From Alphaproteobacteria bacterium (GTDB lineage: Bacteria > Pseudomonadota > Alphaproteobacteria > UBA9219): DNA of 64,000 nucleotides. Location: assembly GCA_019233975.1 (NCBI GenBank), contig JAFALY010000035.1, positions 65,819 to 129,818 of the forward strand, in the 5' to 3' direction. A program made the translations under genes and the position numbers. The first letter of the stretch is position 1. Each line of letters starts with the position of its first letter. Below are positions 1 through 9,369 of this stretch, one piece after another. The notes below the pieces were generated by a model. It was not told where the DNA came from. It ran no database searches and saw only the letters and a program-made list of their open reading frames with translations.

Positions 1-1386
1 AATCGCGCGCGCAGCAAGATTGAAACTTTTGAGGACCGGCTGATCATCGACCTGTATCCGACGCTGATCGTCCTTGGCGGCAGCATGGCTTTTCTGGCGG
101 CGCAGTTTCCGGAACTCGCGCTCATCATGACCGGTTATCTGGTGCTGCTGATTATCATCAGCGCCTATTTCATCTTCAAAATATCCGGTCCCGCGCAGGG
201 TGACTATGCCGATGCGCAGGATTCGTTCGTGGCCCATCTGGCTGACAGTATCAGCGGCATCGCGACGACCAAGGCCTATGCCCAGACGGAATACGAAGTG
301 TCGCGGTTTGTGGATATGACGCAGGAACTGCTGGGCATCAACCGCCGCGCTTATTACCTCGGCAATCTGGCGGGGTTTGTGCAGCGCCTGTTGCTCAGCG
401 GCATGTTGTCGCTGCTACTGGCGGGTGGTGTGTGGTATCTGTTCCACGGCCGCGCCACGGTTGAAAACATGGCGTATTTGGCGTTTGCCTACACCATTAT
501 GGAATCGCACATGAAGCGTCTGGGGTTCCATATCAAGGACATTTTAACGTCATCCTATGACCTGCACGCCATCATCCACCTGCTGCGTGAAGAGCCGGAG
601 GCGGACGAAGAACCGCCGCTGCCCGCCCTTGCCATTGACCGTGGCGAGATTGTTTTTGACAAAGTCAGCTTTACCTATCCCGGCAAGGACAGCCCGGTTT
701 TTGATAACCTGACTGTGACCATCAAGGCGGGTGAGCGTGTCGCGCTGGTCGGCCATTCGGGCAGCGGCAAGACAACCTTTATCCGCCTATTGCAATGCCT
801 ATATCCACTACAGGGTGGGCGTATCATGGTGGACGGCCAAAATATCGCGAACGGTTCGCATGAATCACTGCGCAGCGCAATCGCGCTGGTTCCGCAGGAT
901 CCCATCTTGTTTCACCGGTCGCTTGCGGACAATATCGCTTATGCCCGACCAGAGGCCACGCAGGCGGAAATTGTCGCGGCGGCAAGCCAGGCGCACATCC
1001 AGGGTTTTATCGAACAATTGCCGCAGGGATATGACACGCTGGTGGGTGAGCGCGGCATTAAACTGTCGGGCGGTGAGCGTCAGCGCATCGCGATTGCCCG
1101 TGCCATGCTGGCGGACAGGCCTATTCTTATTCTGGATGAGGCGACCAGTTCACTTGATTCCGTCAGCGAACGCGCGATACAGGACGGGCTGCATGCCCTG
1201 ACGCAGGGGCGTACGGCGATTATGATCGCGCACCGGCTATCCACCATTTTGGATGCCGACAGGATTTTGGTGTTCGATCAGGGGCGCATTGTCGAACAGG
1301 GCACGCATGATGAACTGGTGCGTCGCGAAGGCGGTCTGTATGCGCAACTGTTCACGTTGCAATCCGGCGGGTTTATCGCGTCGTAA
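1..1386 (+). CDS. ABC exporter, fused permease/ATP-binding protein (5'-truncated by window edge)
   Basis: Frame is open from position 1. TM segments are followed by Walker A GHSGSGKT, Q-loop VPQD, signature LSGGERQR, Walker B LILDEATSSLD and H-loop IAHRLST. Confidence 0.93.
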   Translation, partial: NRARSKIETFEDRLIIDLYPTLIVLGGSMAFLAAQFPELALIMTGYLVLLIIISAYFIFKISGPAQGDYADAQDSFVAHLADSISGIATTKAYAQTEYEVSRFVDMTQELLGINRRAYYLGNLAGFVQRLLLSGMLSLLLAGGVWYLFHGRATVENMAYLAFAYTIMESHMKRLGFHIKDILTSSYDLHAIIHLLREEPEADEEPPLPALAIDRGEIVFDKVSFTYPGKDSPVFDNLTVTIKAGERVALVGHSGSGKTTFIRLLQCLYPLQGGRIMVDGQNIANGSHESLRSAIALVPQDPILFHRSLADNIAYARPEATQAEIVAAASQAHIQGFIEQLPQGYDTLVGERGIKLSGGERQRIAIARAMLADRPILILDEATSSLDSVSERAIQDGLHALTQGRTAIMIAHRLSTILDADRILVFDQGRIVEQGTHDELVRREGGLYAQLFTLQSGGFIAS

Positions 1387-1398
1387 CCGCGGTGTGGC

Positions 1399-2271
1399 TT
1401 ATAGGCCCTGCGCGTACAAAAGGGCGCGCAGGTCGCCATGGTTTACCTGGTCGGTGATTTCTTCGCGCACGCGCTGTTTGGCATGATAGGCCACGCCCAG
1501 CCCGCCGCGGTCGGCGCAGGTGGACAGCATGGGAATGTCGTTGGCGCCGTCACCTACCGCCGCCGCGTCCGCCAGATCAATCCGCAATTCGGAACAACCG
1601 GCGAGCAGATAATTACGCTTGGCTTCTCGATCCAGAACCGGGTGGTGCAATGTGCCCGCGATCAAGCCGTTCTGGAACGCCAGCCGGTTTGCATAAAACC
1701 GGTCGAATCCCAGACGATGTGCGACAATATCCGCAAATATGGCAAAACCACCGGTCACCAGCCAGCATCGCGCGCCGCTTTTCTTCATGCCTTCTATTAA
1801 ATCGGCAGCACCCGGGGTGAGCGTTATGCGCTTGGCGGCTTCATCCAACAGGCTGGACGGCCTGCCCGCAAACAGGGCCACGCGCGCGCTGATAGCGTCG
1901 ATGAAATCCATCTCACCGTTTATTGACCTGTAGGTGATGCTGGCCACCTCGGCGCGTACGCCCATCAGGCCCGCAACCTCGTCCAGCATTTCTTCCTGTA
2001 TGACGGTCGACTCCATATCGGCAATCAGGAACTTTTTGCGACGCCGTTCGGCATGCTGCACAAACAGGTCGCAGGGCAGGTCGGACGTCATCATCTGCAA
2101 TTTGCGCCTGACGACCTGCGTCGCGTCGGCTTCATAGAAAAAGTCATAAGCCAGACCATTGGCCTGCCGTTCGTGTCGCGTGGCGTGGCTGGCCAACGCC
2201 AGACCATCAGGGGAAAAGGCCCGTGATGTATCACTATTAGGAAAAACAAGCGTGGCGACAATCATGCACAA
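1399..2271 (-). CDS. serB: Phosphoserine phosphatase (HAD family)
   Basis: RRKKFLIADMESTVIQEEMLDE (variant of DMDST), LVTGGF, AVGDGANDIPML, GVAYHAK. Confidence 0.88.
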   Translation of the reverse strand: MCMIVATLVFPNSDTSRAFSPDGLALASHATRHERQANGLAYDFFYEADATQVVRRKLQMMTSDLPCDLFVQHAERRRKKFLIADMESTVIQEEMLDEVAGLMGVRAEVASITYRSINGEMDFIDAISARVALFAGRPSSLLDEAAKRITLTPGAADLIEGMKKSGARCWLVTGGFAIFADIVAHRLGFDRFYANRLAFQNGLIAGTLHHPVLDREAKRNYLLAGCSELRIDLADAAAVGDGANDIPMLSTCADRGGLGVAYHAKQRVREEITDQVNHGDLRALLYAQGL

Positions 2272-2454
2272 ACTTTCATGCGGATAAAGCGCGGCAATCC
2301 AACACCCCCATTATAGGGGACGCCTGTATCATGGCGCAATGACAGGTTGCGGGCTCAATATTTGCATGTATTGCCCCGCTCTGCTTCAGGCTGTTCACAA
2401 TGATGTTTATGGTTTAACTTCTGACCCGGCACGCCCGAGGTTAGTCAGTATTCC

Positions 2455-3678
2455 ATGCACCTTGTTATTCAACTTAACGAAGCGTCACGCGATGTTATGC
2501 GCGAAATTGTCGCGTCACAGGTTACGAAGCCCCTGCATGCGTTGGATGTCGTGCCGGACGGCGACCTGGAACATCACGGGTTGGACCCGTGGGTGAATTG
2601 GCTGTCTTTCTCGCTGGGGCGCGGGCTGGTCGGCCACCAATGCTACGCGCATGGTTCTGGCGTCGGGTTTAACGGACAATTTATCTGGGACAATGCCCCG
2701 CCAACCACACGGTTTGGTCTGGTAGGGGTTATGAATGTTGGTGCGGATCTGCCACGTGCGCCGGTTGATTTTTTTCTGGGTGACCCATGGACGCCCGATG
2801 CACCCGTTCAACCATCATCACTTCGTTCTTATCGCGATGCCTGGGGCTATCTCGCCAAGCATTATGGCAGCCTGTCGTTGTTGCCAACGGCGCGTGCGCT
2901 TGGATCTATCTTGCAGGCACTTCTGACAACGCGCTGGGGCAGGCGCAGTATGGCGCACGGGGCTGCGATGCTTTGCGCCATCGGACGCGTGCCGATGTCA
3001 GCCCTTGTTTTTGCTTTCTATGACTGGACGCTGGTTGAGATATTCATGGCCCAATGCCGCCGGCATAAAATCGACAGGGGCGTGGTTTTCCTCAACGGCA
3101 TTGCGCATTTCCAGCATAGTTACTGGGATTCTGCGGCGGGTAATAACTTTATCACGCGCACCTACCGCGCGATGATGGTGCGCTTGCTTAAGGGGCTGGA
3201 TGTTCAACGGCTGGACATCCTGAATGGGCTGGAACAACAGCGGTCCGGTCAGGTCTTTGTCTGGCGACAGAAAGATCCGGCCGCCTTCTTCCGGCATTTC
3301 TTTCCCGGCCTGTCGCGGCGCGTTGAACAGGGAATGACAAACGACACGACCCTGATGTTTGATAGCGCCGATGACAAAGCGCGTTTTGACACGGAATTGC
3401 GCCGTTACACTGTGTTACAACAACCCCTGTTGCACATCGAAGACGCGCAGGATGCAAGTGTCAGTGTGCGCGTCCACATAACGCAGGCGGCGTCCAGCGC
3501 ATGGATCCTGCGCGACGGGCAGCCATGGGTTCCATTCGAGGACTGGTTCTATGTCTATCGCGTGCGGACGGGTGAGCATGTGAAGAAATGTTATTGGCTG
3601 TCCACTGAGGCGTACCAGATGACAAACCCCTCGATCGCGGAAGTTGGGCGTTTAATTTTGGGCGTGTCGTCAGTATAG
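2455..3678 (+). CDS. Hypothetical protein, possibly alkaline-phosphatase/sulfatase superfamily as seen in polysaccharide loci
   Basis: 407 aa ORF. Motifs QLNE, LDPWVNW, FFLGDPW, FLNGIAHFQHSYW and LNGLEQ resemble an uncharacterised AlkP-like family (recalled, not searched). Confidence 0.55.
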   Translation: MHLVIQLNEASRDVMREIVASQVTKPLHALDVVPDGDLEHHGLDPWVNWLSFSLGRGLVGHQCYAHGSGVGFNGQFIWDNAPPTTRFGLVGVMNVGADLPRAPVDFFLGDPWTPDAPVQPSSLRSYRDAWGYLAKHYGSLSLLPTARALGSILQALLTTRWGRRSMAHGAAMLCAIGRVPMSALVFAFYDWTLVEIFMAQCRRHKIDRGVVFLNGIAHFQHSYWDSAAGNNFITRTYRAMMVRLLKGLDVQRLDILNGLEQQRSGQVFVWRQKDPAAFFRHFFPGLSRRVEQGMTNDTTLMFDSADDKARFDTELRRYTVLQQPLLHIEDAQDASVSVRVHITQAASSAWILRDGQPWVPFEDWFYVYRVRTGEHVKKCYWLSTEAYQMTNPSIAEVGRLILGVSSV

Positions 3679-3704
3679 ATTTCAGGCTTTCAGGAACCCG
3701 CGTT

Positions 3705-4673
3705 ATGACAGATGTCACCTCACCACCGCCTGCAAAGAAACGCCCTTTCGGCAAGTTTTTTCTGATTTTTAAAATCGGCCTGTCGCTGGGGTTGCTGGCT
3801 TATCTGCTGCGCACCATGCCGTTTGCAACCCTGCCATGGGAACGCATGGACCCTGTCTCCATGTTGGTGGCGATGGCGGTTTTGCTGCCGCAACCGTGGC
3901 TGGCGGGGCTACGCTGGGGCATGATTATGCGCGGCATGGGGTTGTCGATCACCTTGCCTGTGGCCATGAAAACTTATTTAGCGGGCATTTTCTTTAATGC
4001 CTTTCTTCCGGCATCTGTCGGCGGTGACGCCGTGCGCGCCTGGTATGCGACGCGACAAGGTTTGCCGGTTCAGCCAGTACTGCAAAGCGTGCTGGCTGAC
4101 AGGTTGATGGCCTTGGTCGCACTGCTGCTCATGATTATCGGCGGGTTGCCGTGGGCGTGGAATCTGGTGCAGGACAGGCATGTTGTGCTGACGCTGGCCT
4201 GTTTGGCTGTGGCGGGGATTGGCGGCCTGATATTCATTGCCTTTGCGGGTTATGGCGCGCGCCAATGGCCGGGGCAGGCATGGGCCAGAATGTTGGGATG
4301 GCTGGCCGGGGCGGTCAGCAGTTTTGCAGGCAAGCCTGCGGTTGCCCTGCGTGGGTTTCCCATCTGCTTTGCCATTCATGTGCAAAGCTGTGTCGCTGTT
4401 ATGTGGATTGCGCGCGCGTTTGGTGCTGATGTGCCGTGGCAGGACGCATTGATCCTTGTGCCGCCGGTTGTGCTGGCGCTTTCCTTGCCGGTGTCGCTCG
4501 GCGGCTGGGGGATGCGCGAAGCCGCCATGGTCGCGGCGTTGGCCAGCATTCATGTGCCGCAAGAGGTCGCGTTTGCAACGGCGCTTTGCTTTGGCATCGT
4601 CTCCGTCCTGACAACGCTGCCGGGGTTGTATTTCTGGCTGACGGCGCGTCATGCGCTGCGCGGCGGGGCTTAA
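3705..4673 (+). CDS. Lysylphosphatidylglycerol-synthase TM / flippase-like (UPF0104) membrane protein
   Basis: Multi-TM; FFNAFLPASVGGDAVR, SVLADRL, LPVSLGGWGMRE. Confidence 0.88.
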   Translation: MTDVTSPPPAKKRPFGKFFLIFKIGLSLGLLAYLLRTMPFATLPWERMDPVSMLVAMAVLLPQPWLAGLRWGMIMRGMGLSITLPVAMKTYLAGIFFNAFLPASVGGDAVRAWYATRQGLPVQPVLQSVLADRLMALVALLLMIIGGLPWAWNLVQDRHVVLTLACLAVAGIGGLIFIAFAGYGARQWPGQAWARMLGWLAGAVSSFAGKPAVALRGFPICFAIHVQSCVAVMWIARAFGADVPWQDALILVPPVVLALSLPVSLGGWGMREAAMVAALASIHVPQEVAFATALCFGIVSVLTTLPGLYFWLTARHALRGGA

Positions 4674-5434
4674 CGTTTCGTTGTCGTGTATTGCAGGCAA
4701 CGCAAAGCGGGCTTGAGGATACAGGCCAGCAACAGCGACCGCATCACAAAGCGAAAACCCTGCCATGTCGTCGACCGTATGGCGGATGTATGGTCTTCAT
4801 AAGATACGGTACAGGGAACCTCGCCCTTCTTCAGTCGCAAATAGGTCGACCAGAAAGAGAAATCGAGGTCGAACCCAAACCGGCTTTGGCACAACCAGAC
4901 GATTTTATAGCAGGGAAATACCTTGTAGCATTTGAACCCGGCCAACGGGTCCGTGATGGTTTCCCCCCACAAACGCGTCAGGTATTTCAAAAGAATATTG
5001 CCGTATTTACGGTTCAACGGCATGGTGCCGCGCATGCGTGACGGATCTTTGGAGCCTGCGACAACATCCAGATCCTTTTCCGTACAGAGGGTGATCAGGC
5101 GTGGCACATCGTCAAAACTACGCTGCAGATCGCCCGGGAAAATGCACAGATAGTCGTATTGTTGCAGGCGCGCCTGTTCAAACACATGTTTCACCAACCC
5201 GCCATAACCGCGATTGATGTCCGGTGTCTCGAGCGGGCATAGGCCCTGAAGCGTGTTACGCAATATGTTGGCGCTGTCATCCCGAGAGGCGTCATCGAAA
5301 ACGGTAACGCAAATCTCGTGCGCTGCATCCGCGTGCTGTGCCTCTAAAAAGGTACGTATGCCCGCGCACAGGCGGTCGATTTTCGAAGCGGTATTGTAAA
5401 CCAGAATGGCAACAAGAATGCGGGGTTTTGTCAT
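4670..5434 (-). CDS. Glycosyltransferase family 2, polyprenyl-phosphate sugar synthase (DPM1-like)
   Basis: VYN, VFDDASRD, NRGYGG, PGDLQ, VAGS, TDPLAGFKCY, FGFD. Confidence 0.85.
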   Translation of the reverse strand: MTKPRILVAILVYNTASKIDRLCAGIRTFLEAQHADAAHEICVTVFDDASRDDSANILRNTLQGLCPLETPDINRGYGGLVKHVFEQARLQQYDYLCIFPGDLQRSFDDVPRLITLCTEKDLDVVAGSKDPSRMRGTMPLNRKYGNILLKYLTRLWGETITDPLAGFKCYKVFPCYKIVWLCQSRFGFDLDFSFWSTYLRLKKGEVPCTVSYEDHTSAIRSTTWQGFRFVMRSLLLACILKPALRCLQYTTTKR

Positions 5435-5599
5435 GATACCGGCGCGGGTGATGGAGGCCCCACCATACCAAGCCCGTCGGGCTTAGGGAAGCAGCCCTGC
5501 GTCAGAAAAAGTTTGTTATTTGGGGCAAAGCCGCTATCGTGACGGCAGGCCTGCATCGCCGGTTTTGACAAGCGTCATATAGGAAGTGGGAAGCCGCCT

Positions 5600-6562
5600 A
5601 TGCAACAGGGCAACAAAATATTGCGGGACTGGGACAAGGTCGTTCGCTTTCCGGCGGGGCAGGTTGGTGCCGATGCGCGCTATCAGGCAGAGACGGAAGT
5701 GCGCGATTATCTGGCGCGCGTGCCATCCCTTGACTCGCTCGCGCGGCACAAACCGCATTTGCTGCTACCCTCCCTTTACCGCCTGTCCCAAAGCGAAGAG
5801 ATTTTAAAAGGCGTGCGCGACTTTCTGGGCACCGATGCGTTTTTCCTTTGGTATTCTGTGCTGTTCGTTAAACAAAAACAGACCGAAGGGTATATTCCCT
5901 GGCATTATGATGATTATTTCTGGGGCCTGCAGGCTGAAAACGGATGCACGGCCTGGGTTGCGCTGAACGATGTGACGATTGAAAACGGGGCGATGGAATT
6001 TGCGAACGAAGAACCTGACGCGGCTTCCATGTTCGTTCAGTATCAGCAGCAAAACATGCTGGTGCGCGGCAATAACTCGACCTTTGAACCTGCGCCGGAT
6101 GAGGAAATCAAGATCATCGCGTTAAAGGCAGGCGAATATTCCGTGCATTCCAACAAAGCATGGCATCGCAGTGGTCCCAACCGTTCAGCACAGGACAGGC
6201 TGGCGGTCGCTTTTCGTTTTGTGACGGCGGATGCGCAGCCGGAGACGTTTCGCTGGATCAAGCGTGGCGGTGTGCCGCGCGCGGGGCGCGCCCTGCCGCC
6301 TGCTTTTTATGCCGAGCAATGCCCACCACGCGCCCTTTTACCGGGCCAAAGCTGGCAGCAGAAAAAGAGCATGCTAATTGCGGCGTTTCTGACATGCTTT
6401 GGCGACACGCATCGCACTTTCTGGCAGAAACTGGGTGATTTTCTGGCTATGTCCAAGGCAACGCGGTCTTATAAACTTCTGGGCCGTTTGGTTGAAATTA
6501 TGGGGGGCAGGGGTGTCGCATCCGGCGCCAACCGCCCCGTCAAAGACGTCAACAGTGGTTAG
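5600..6562 (+). CDS. Phytanoyl-CoA dioxygenase-family Fe(II)/2-oxoglutarate oxygenase
   Basis: FVK..IPWHYD (HxD), TAWVALND.TIENGAM, WHRSGPNRS..DR. Confidence 0.88.
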   Translation: MQQGNKILRDWDKVVRFPAGQVGADARYQAETEVRDYLARVPSLDSLARHKPHLLLPSLYRLSQSEEILKGVRDFLGTDAFFLWYSVLFVKQKQTEGYIPWHYDDYFWGLQAENGCTAWVALNDVTIENGAMEFANEEPDAASMFVQYQQQNMLVRGNNSTFEPAPDEEIKIIALKAGEYSVHSNKAWHRSGPNRSAQDRLAVAFRFVTADAQPETFRWIKRGGVPRAGRALPPAFYAEQCPPRALLPGQSWQQKKSMLIAAFLTCFGDTHRTFWQKLGDFLAMSKATRSYKLLGRLVEIMGGRGVASGANRPVKDVNSG

Positions 6563-6565
6563 CAC

Positions 6566-7282
6566 ATGAAAATATTCGTCGTCGGTGGTGGTTCCGGTTT
6601 TGGTTGTACGCTGGTGCGGGCGGCACTGGCTGCCGGTCATCAGGTTGCTTACTCAACCTCGTCTGCCACAGATGCGTTTGACGGTCAGACAGACCTGGCC
6701 GTAACCGGTTGCGACTTGACGCAGTCCGGTCAGGTTGATGTGCTGTCAGACGCCATTCGTGGTTTTGCGCCAGACCGGCTGGTTTTGTGTATGATAAAGA
6801 CGCATTACCGTCCCATGGCAGAGCAGACCGCTACATCGATCGACGAAGAAGTCACCTTTAACGTTGCCGTGCCGATAACGCTTGCGAACGCCTATGCCGC
6901 GTGTCGTCCGGACGGCAGTATGACCTTTATGCTCAGCCATATCTGCTTTTTATACAATCCGGGATTTGCGCTGTATAAGGCGGGTAAGGACGCGCTCGAC
7001 AGTTTCGCCAAATCTCTGCAATTCGAATATCCGCGCTTGAAAGTGCTGCGTGTTTATCCTGGCGCTATGCGCACGGGATTTGTCACGAACACCGGCTATG
7101 CCGGCGCCAAGGTTTTTCCGGCGGCGGAGCCTGCGCTCTGGGCCGCGCGTGTGTTGTCGAGGGACAGCGGTGTAATGATGGCGGTGCGGGATATACCGTT
7201 TCTTATCATGACGCGTCTGTTGCCATTCCGGCTGCAGAAAATCCTGTTCCAAATCATCTTCGGCTTATTGCGGCGGAAATAA
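6566..7282 (+). CDS. Short-chain dehydrogenase/reductase
   Basis: VVGGGSGFG Rossmann motif, catalytic YKAGK, PGAMRT. Confidence 0.85.
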   Translation: MKIFVVGGGSGFGCTLVRAALAAGHQVAYSTSSATDAFDGQTDLAVTGCDLTQSGQVDVLSDAIRGFAPDRLVLCMIKTHYRPMAEQTATSIDEEVTFNVAVPITLANAYAACRPDGSMTFMLSHICFLYNPGFALYKAGKDALDSFAKSLQFEYPRLKVLRVYPGAMRTGFVTNTGYAGAKVFPAAEPALWAARVLSRDSGVMMAVRDIPFLIMTRLLPFRLQKILFQIIFGLLRRK

Positions 7283-7284
7283 CA

Positions 7285-9369
7285 ATGAACCTGGCTTTGT
7301 GGCGGACGCAATTGGAACGCTGGCTGGTTCCCGGCTTGCTGGCCGTGTCGGTCGTTGTGTTGCTGGTGGGTGTGTTCGGCCCGTTTGCGCGCATGAACTT
7401 ATGGCTCATCTGGCAGGTGGGGCAGGTGGCCACCATCGGTTTTACCGCTGTGGCGCTTTGCGGATTGTATTACCTTGGTACAGGTAAATTATCACAACCG
7501 GTCCTGTGGGGCTTGGCTGGCGTAACCGGCTTTGGCCTGCTGGCGCTGCTGCTTGGCTGGTTGCCGGTTGTGGCGGCGCTGCTGGTGTTTTTGTGCTGCT
7601 TCAGTGTTGGGCAAATTACCTTTTACCTCACGCGCTGTACGCAGCCTGCGCTGCTGGATGGATTGTGCGTCGGTATCGGTGTGACGATCCTTATCCTGAC
7701 GGCGGGCAGCATTGCGCATATCAATATGCCCTTGTTGTACCGGGTTTTGCTGATCGTACCCGCCCTGTTGGTTCTGCTGGCCCCCGCATTGCAGACAGGA
7801 TGGATGGGCGCAGGACCGCTTGCGACCACACCACACAATACTGCCCCCTTTGTCTATGCCGATTTCATTCTGGGCGTCATGATTGTAGGCGGGTTTCTGT
7901 TTTACGCCGCCAGTAGTGCGTTGCCAGAAGTTTCGTGGGACGGGCAGGTAATGCACCTGCTGGTGCCGAACCAGATTTTGATGCGCGGCCATTGGTCGTT
8001 CGATCAGACACTCTATTCTTTTGCGCCGTGGCCGCTTGGCGCTGACTACCTGTTCGGTATGGCGATGCTGGTTGGTGGCGAGGCGGCCGCGAAATGTTTT
8101 AATCTACTGACTTTTTTTATATTGGTGGCGCAGCTGTACGGTTTTGTAAACCGCCGTTATGGTGCGCAGGCGGCGCTGATGGCGGCGGCATTGCTGGTCA
8201 GTATGCCGTTGGCGCTTGTCGTGACATTTTCCCTTTTCGTTGAAAACATGTTGGCACTGTTGACGCTGACAGCCATGCGTTTGCTGGCTGGCGCTGATGA
8301 ACAGGAACCGCGCACAGCCTTGGTTAGCCTCGCCATCCTGCTGGGTGCGCTGGCTGCCGTTAAAATGCACGGGGCGTTTCTGGATGCGTTTTTTCTTCCG
8401 GCACTGGCGCTGACGCCGTTCTGGAAAAAAGCATCGGCCAAGACATGGCGCATGGTCGCGGTTGTGGCTGTGGTCGCAGCCTTTTTGGGACTTCTGACGT
8501 ATTTTTATGCCTGGGTGAAAACGGGCAATCCGATTTTCATGTTCAAGAATTCGTTCTTTCGTTCGCCTTATTGGGCGCCAACGGACTGGCTCGATACACG
8601 CTGGATGGGCAAGCTTTCGTGGTCGCTGCTGTACGGCATGACGTTCAGAAGCCAGGATTATACCGAGGCCCTGCCCGGCACGATTGGCTTTGGTTTTATT
8701 GCGCTCTTGCTGCCGGGGTTGGCGGCACTGCTGATCCGGCCTGACCGTCGCGACCGCGGGATGTTGATCGTCACCGCGGGCTTTTTAACCTTCATGTTGT
8801 CGCAGACGCAATATATCCGTTACCTTTATGCCGCCGTGCCTGCCCTGATTTTCATCAGTGTTGCCGGTGTGTGTCGTGTGCAGGAAATACCGCGCCTGCG
8901 TTTGCCTGCGATATTGCTGGTGATCGCGCTGGCCGGTTTTGGTTGCTATAAATGGCCGGCAGGTAGCTGGATTGTGCGCAATAATAATTTTGCCGGTATC
9001 TGGAACGCGGAGATCCGTGCGCAGAATATGTTGTCCATATCGCCCGAACGCGTGGCCAATGATGTCATTAATGCGTCGGGTGTGCATGATCCCCGCGTGA
9101 TCTATGGCACGCAACCCTTTGGCGGCAGCCTGAACGGCGCGCCGCTTTATACCGACTGGTATAACTACACGCTGCATAAAGCGTTGGATGAGGCGGTCGA
9201 TGAAACGCAGATTGCCACCATTCTACGTGACGCGCATCCGGATTTTCTGATCACAAACGATAAGTCGAACGAAGCGATTTATCACAAACTGTCCGGCTAT
9301 GCGCGGGCGCATTTTTCCCCCTATGCCACCGTTGGTAATTTGTCAGTATATCGCTTTAGCGGACCCTAA
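7285..9369 (+). CDS. Large multi-pass membrane protein, putative GT-C (lipid-donor) glycosyltransferase
   Basis: 694 aa, many TM helices. Loop WDGQVMHLLVP, VE, K(MHG), TGNPIF, RYL, and a soluble C-terminal domain. Confidence 0.65.
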   Translation: MNLALWRTQLERWLVPGLLAVSVVVLLVGVFGPFARMNLWLIWQVGQVATIGFTAVALCGLYYLGTGKLSQPVLWGLAGVTGFGLLALLLGWLPVVAALLVFLCCFSVGQITFYLTRCTQPALLDGLCVGIGVTILILTAGSIAHINMPLLYRVLLIVPALLVLLAPALQTGWMGAGPLATTPHNTAPFVYADFILGVMIVGGFLFYAASSALPEVSWDGQVMHLLVPNQILMRGHWSFDQTLYSFAPWPLGADYLFGMAMLVGGEAAAKCFNLLTFFILVAQLYGFVNRRYGAQAALMAAALLVSMPLALVVTFSLFVENMLALLTLTAMRLLAGADEQEPRTALVSLAILLGALAAVKMHGAFLDAFFLPALALTPFWKKASAKTWRMVAVVAVVAAFLGLLTYFYAWVKTGNPIFMFKNSFFRSPYWAPTDWLDTRWMGKLSWSLLYGMTFRSQDYTEALPGTIGFGFIALLLPGLAALLIRPDRRDRGMLIVTAGFLTFMLSQTQYIRYLYAAVPALIFISVAGVCRVQEIPRLRLPAILLVIALAGFGCYKWPAGSWIVRNNNFAGIWNAEIRAQNMLSISPERVANDVINASGVHDPRVIYGTQPFGGSLNGAPLYTDWYNYTLHKALDEAVDETQIATILRDAHPDFLITNDKSNEAIYHKLSGYARAHFSPYATVGNLSVYRFSGP

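Noticed and set aside
5600-6562. Possible Fe/2OG halogenase
   Set aside because: The HxD carboxylate is retained (WHYD); halogenases have Ala or Gly there.
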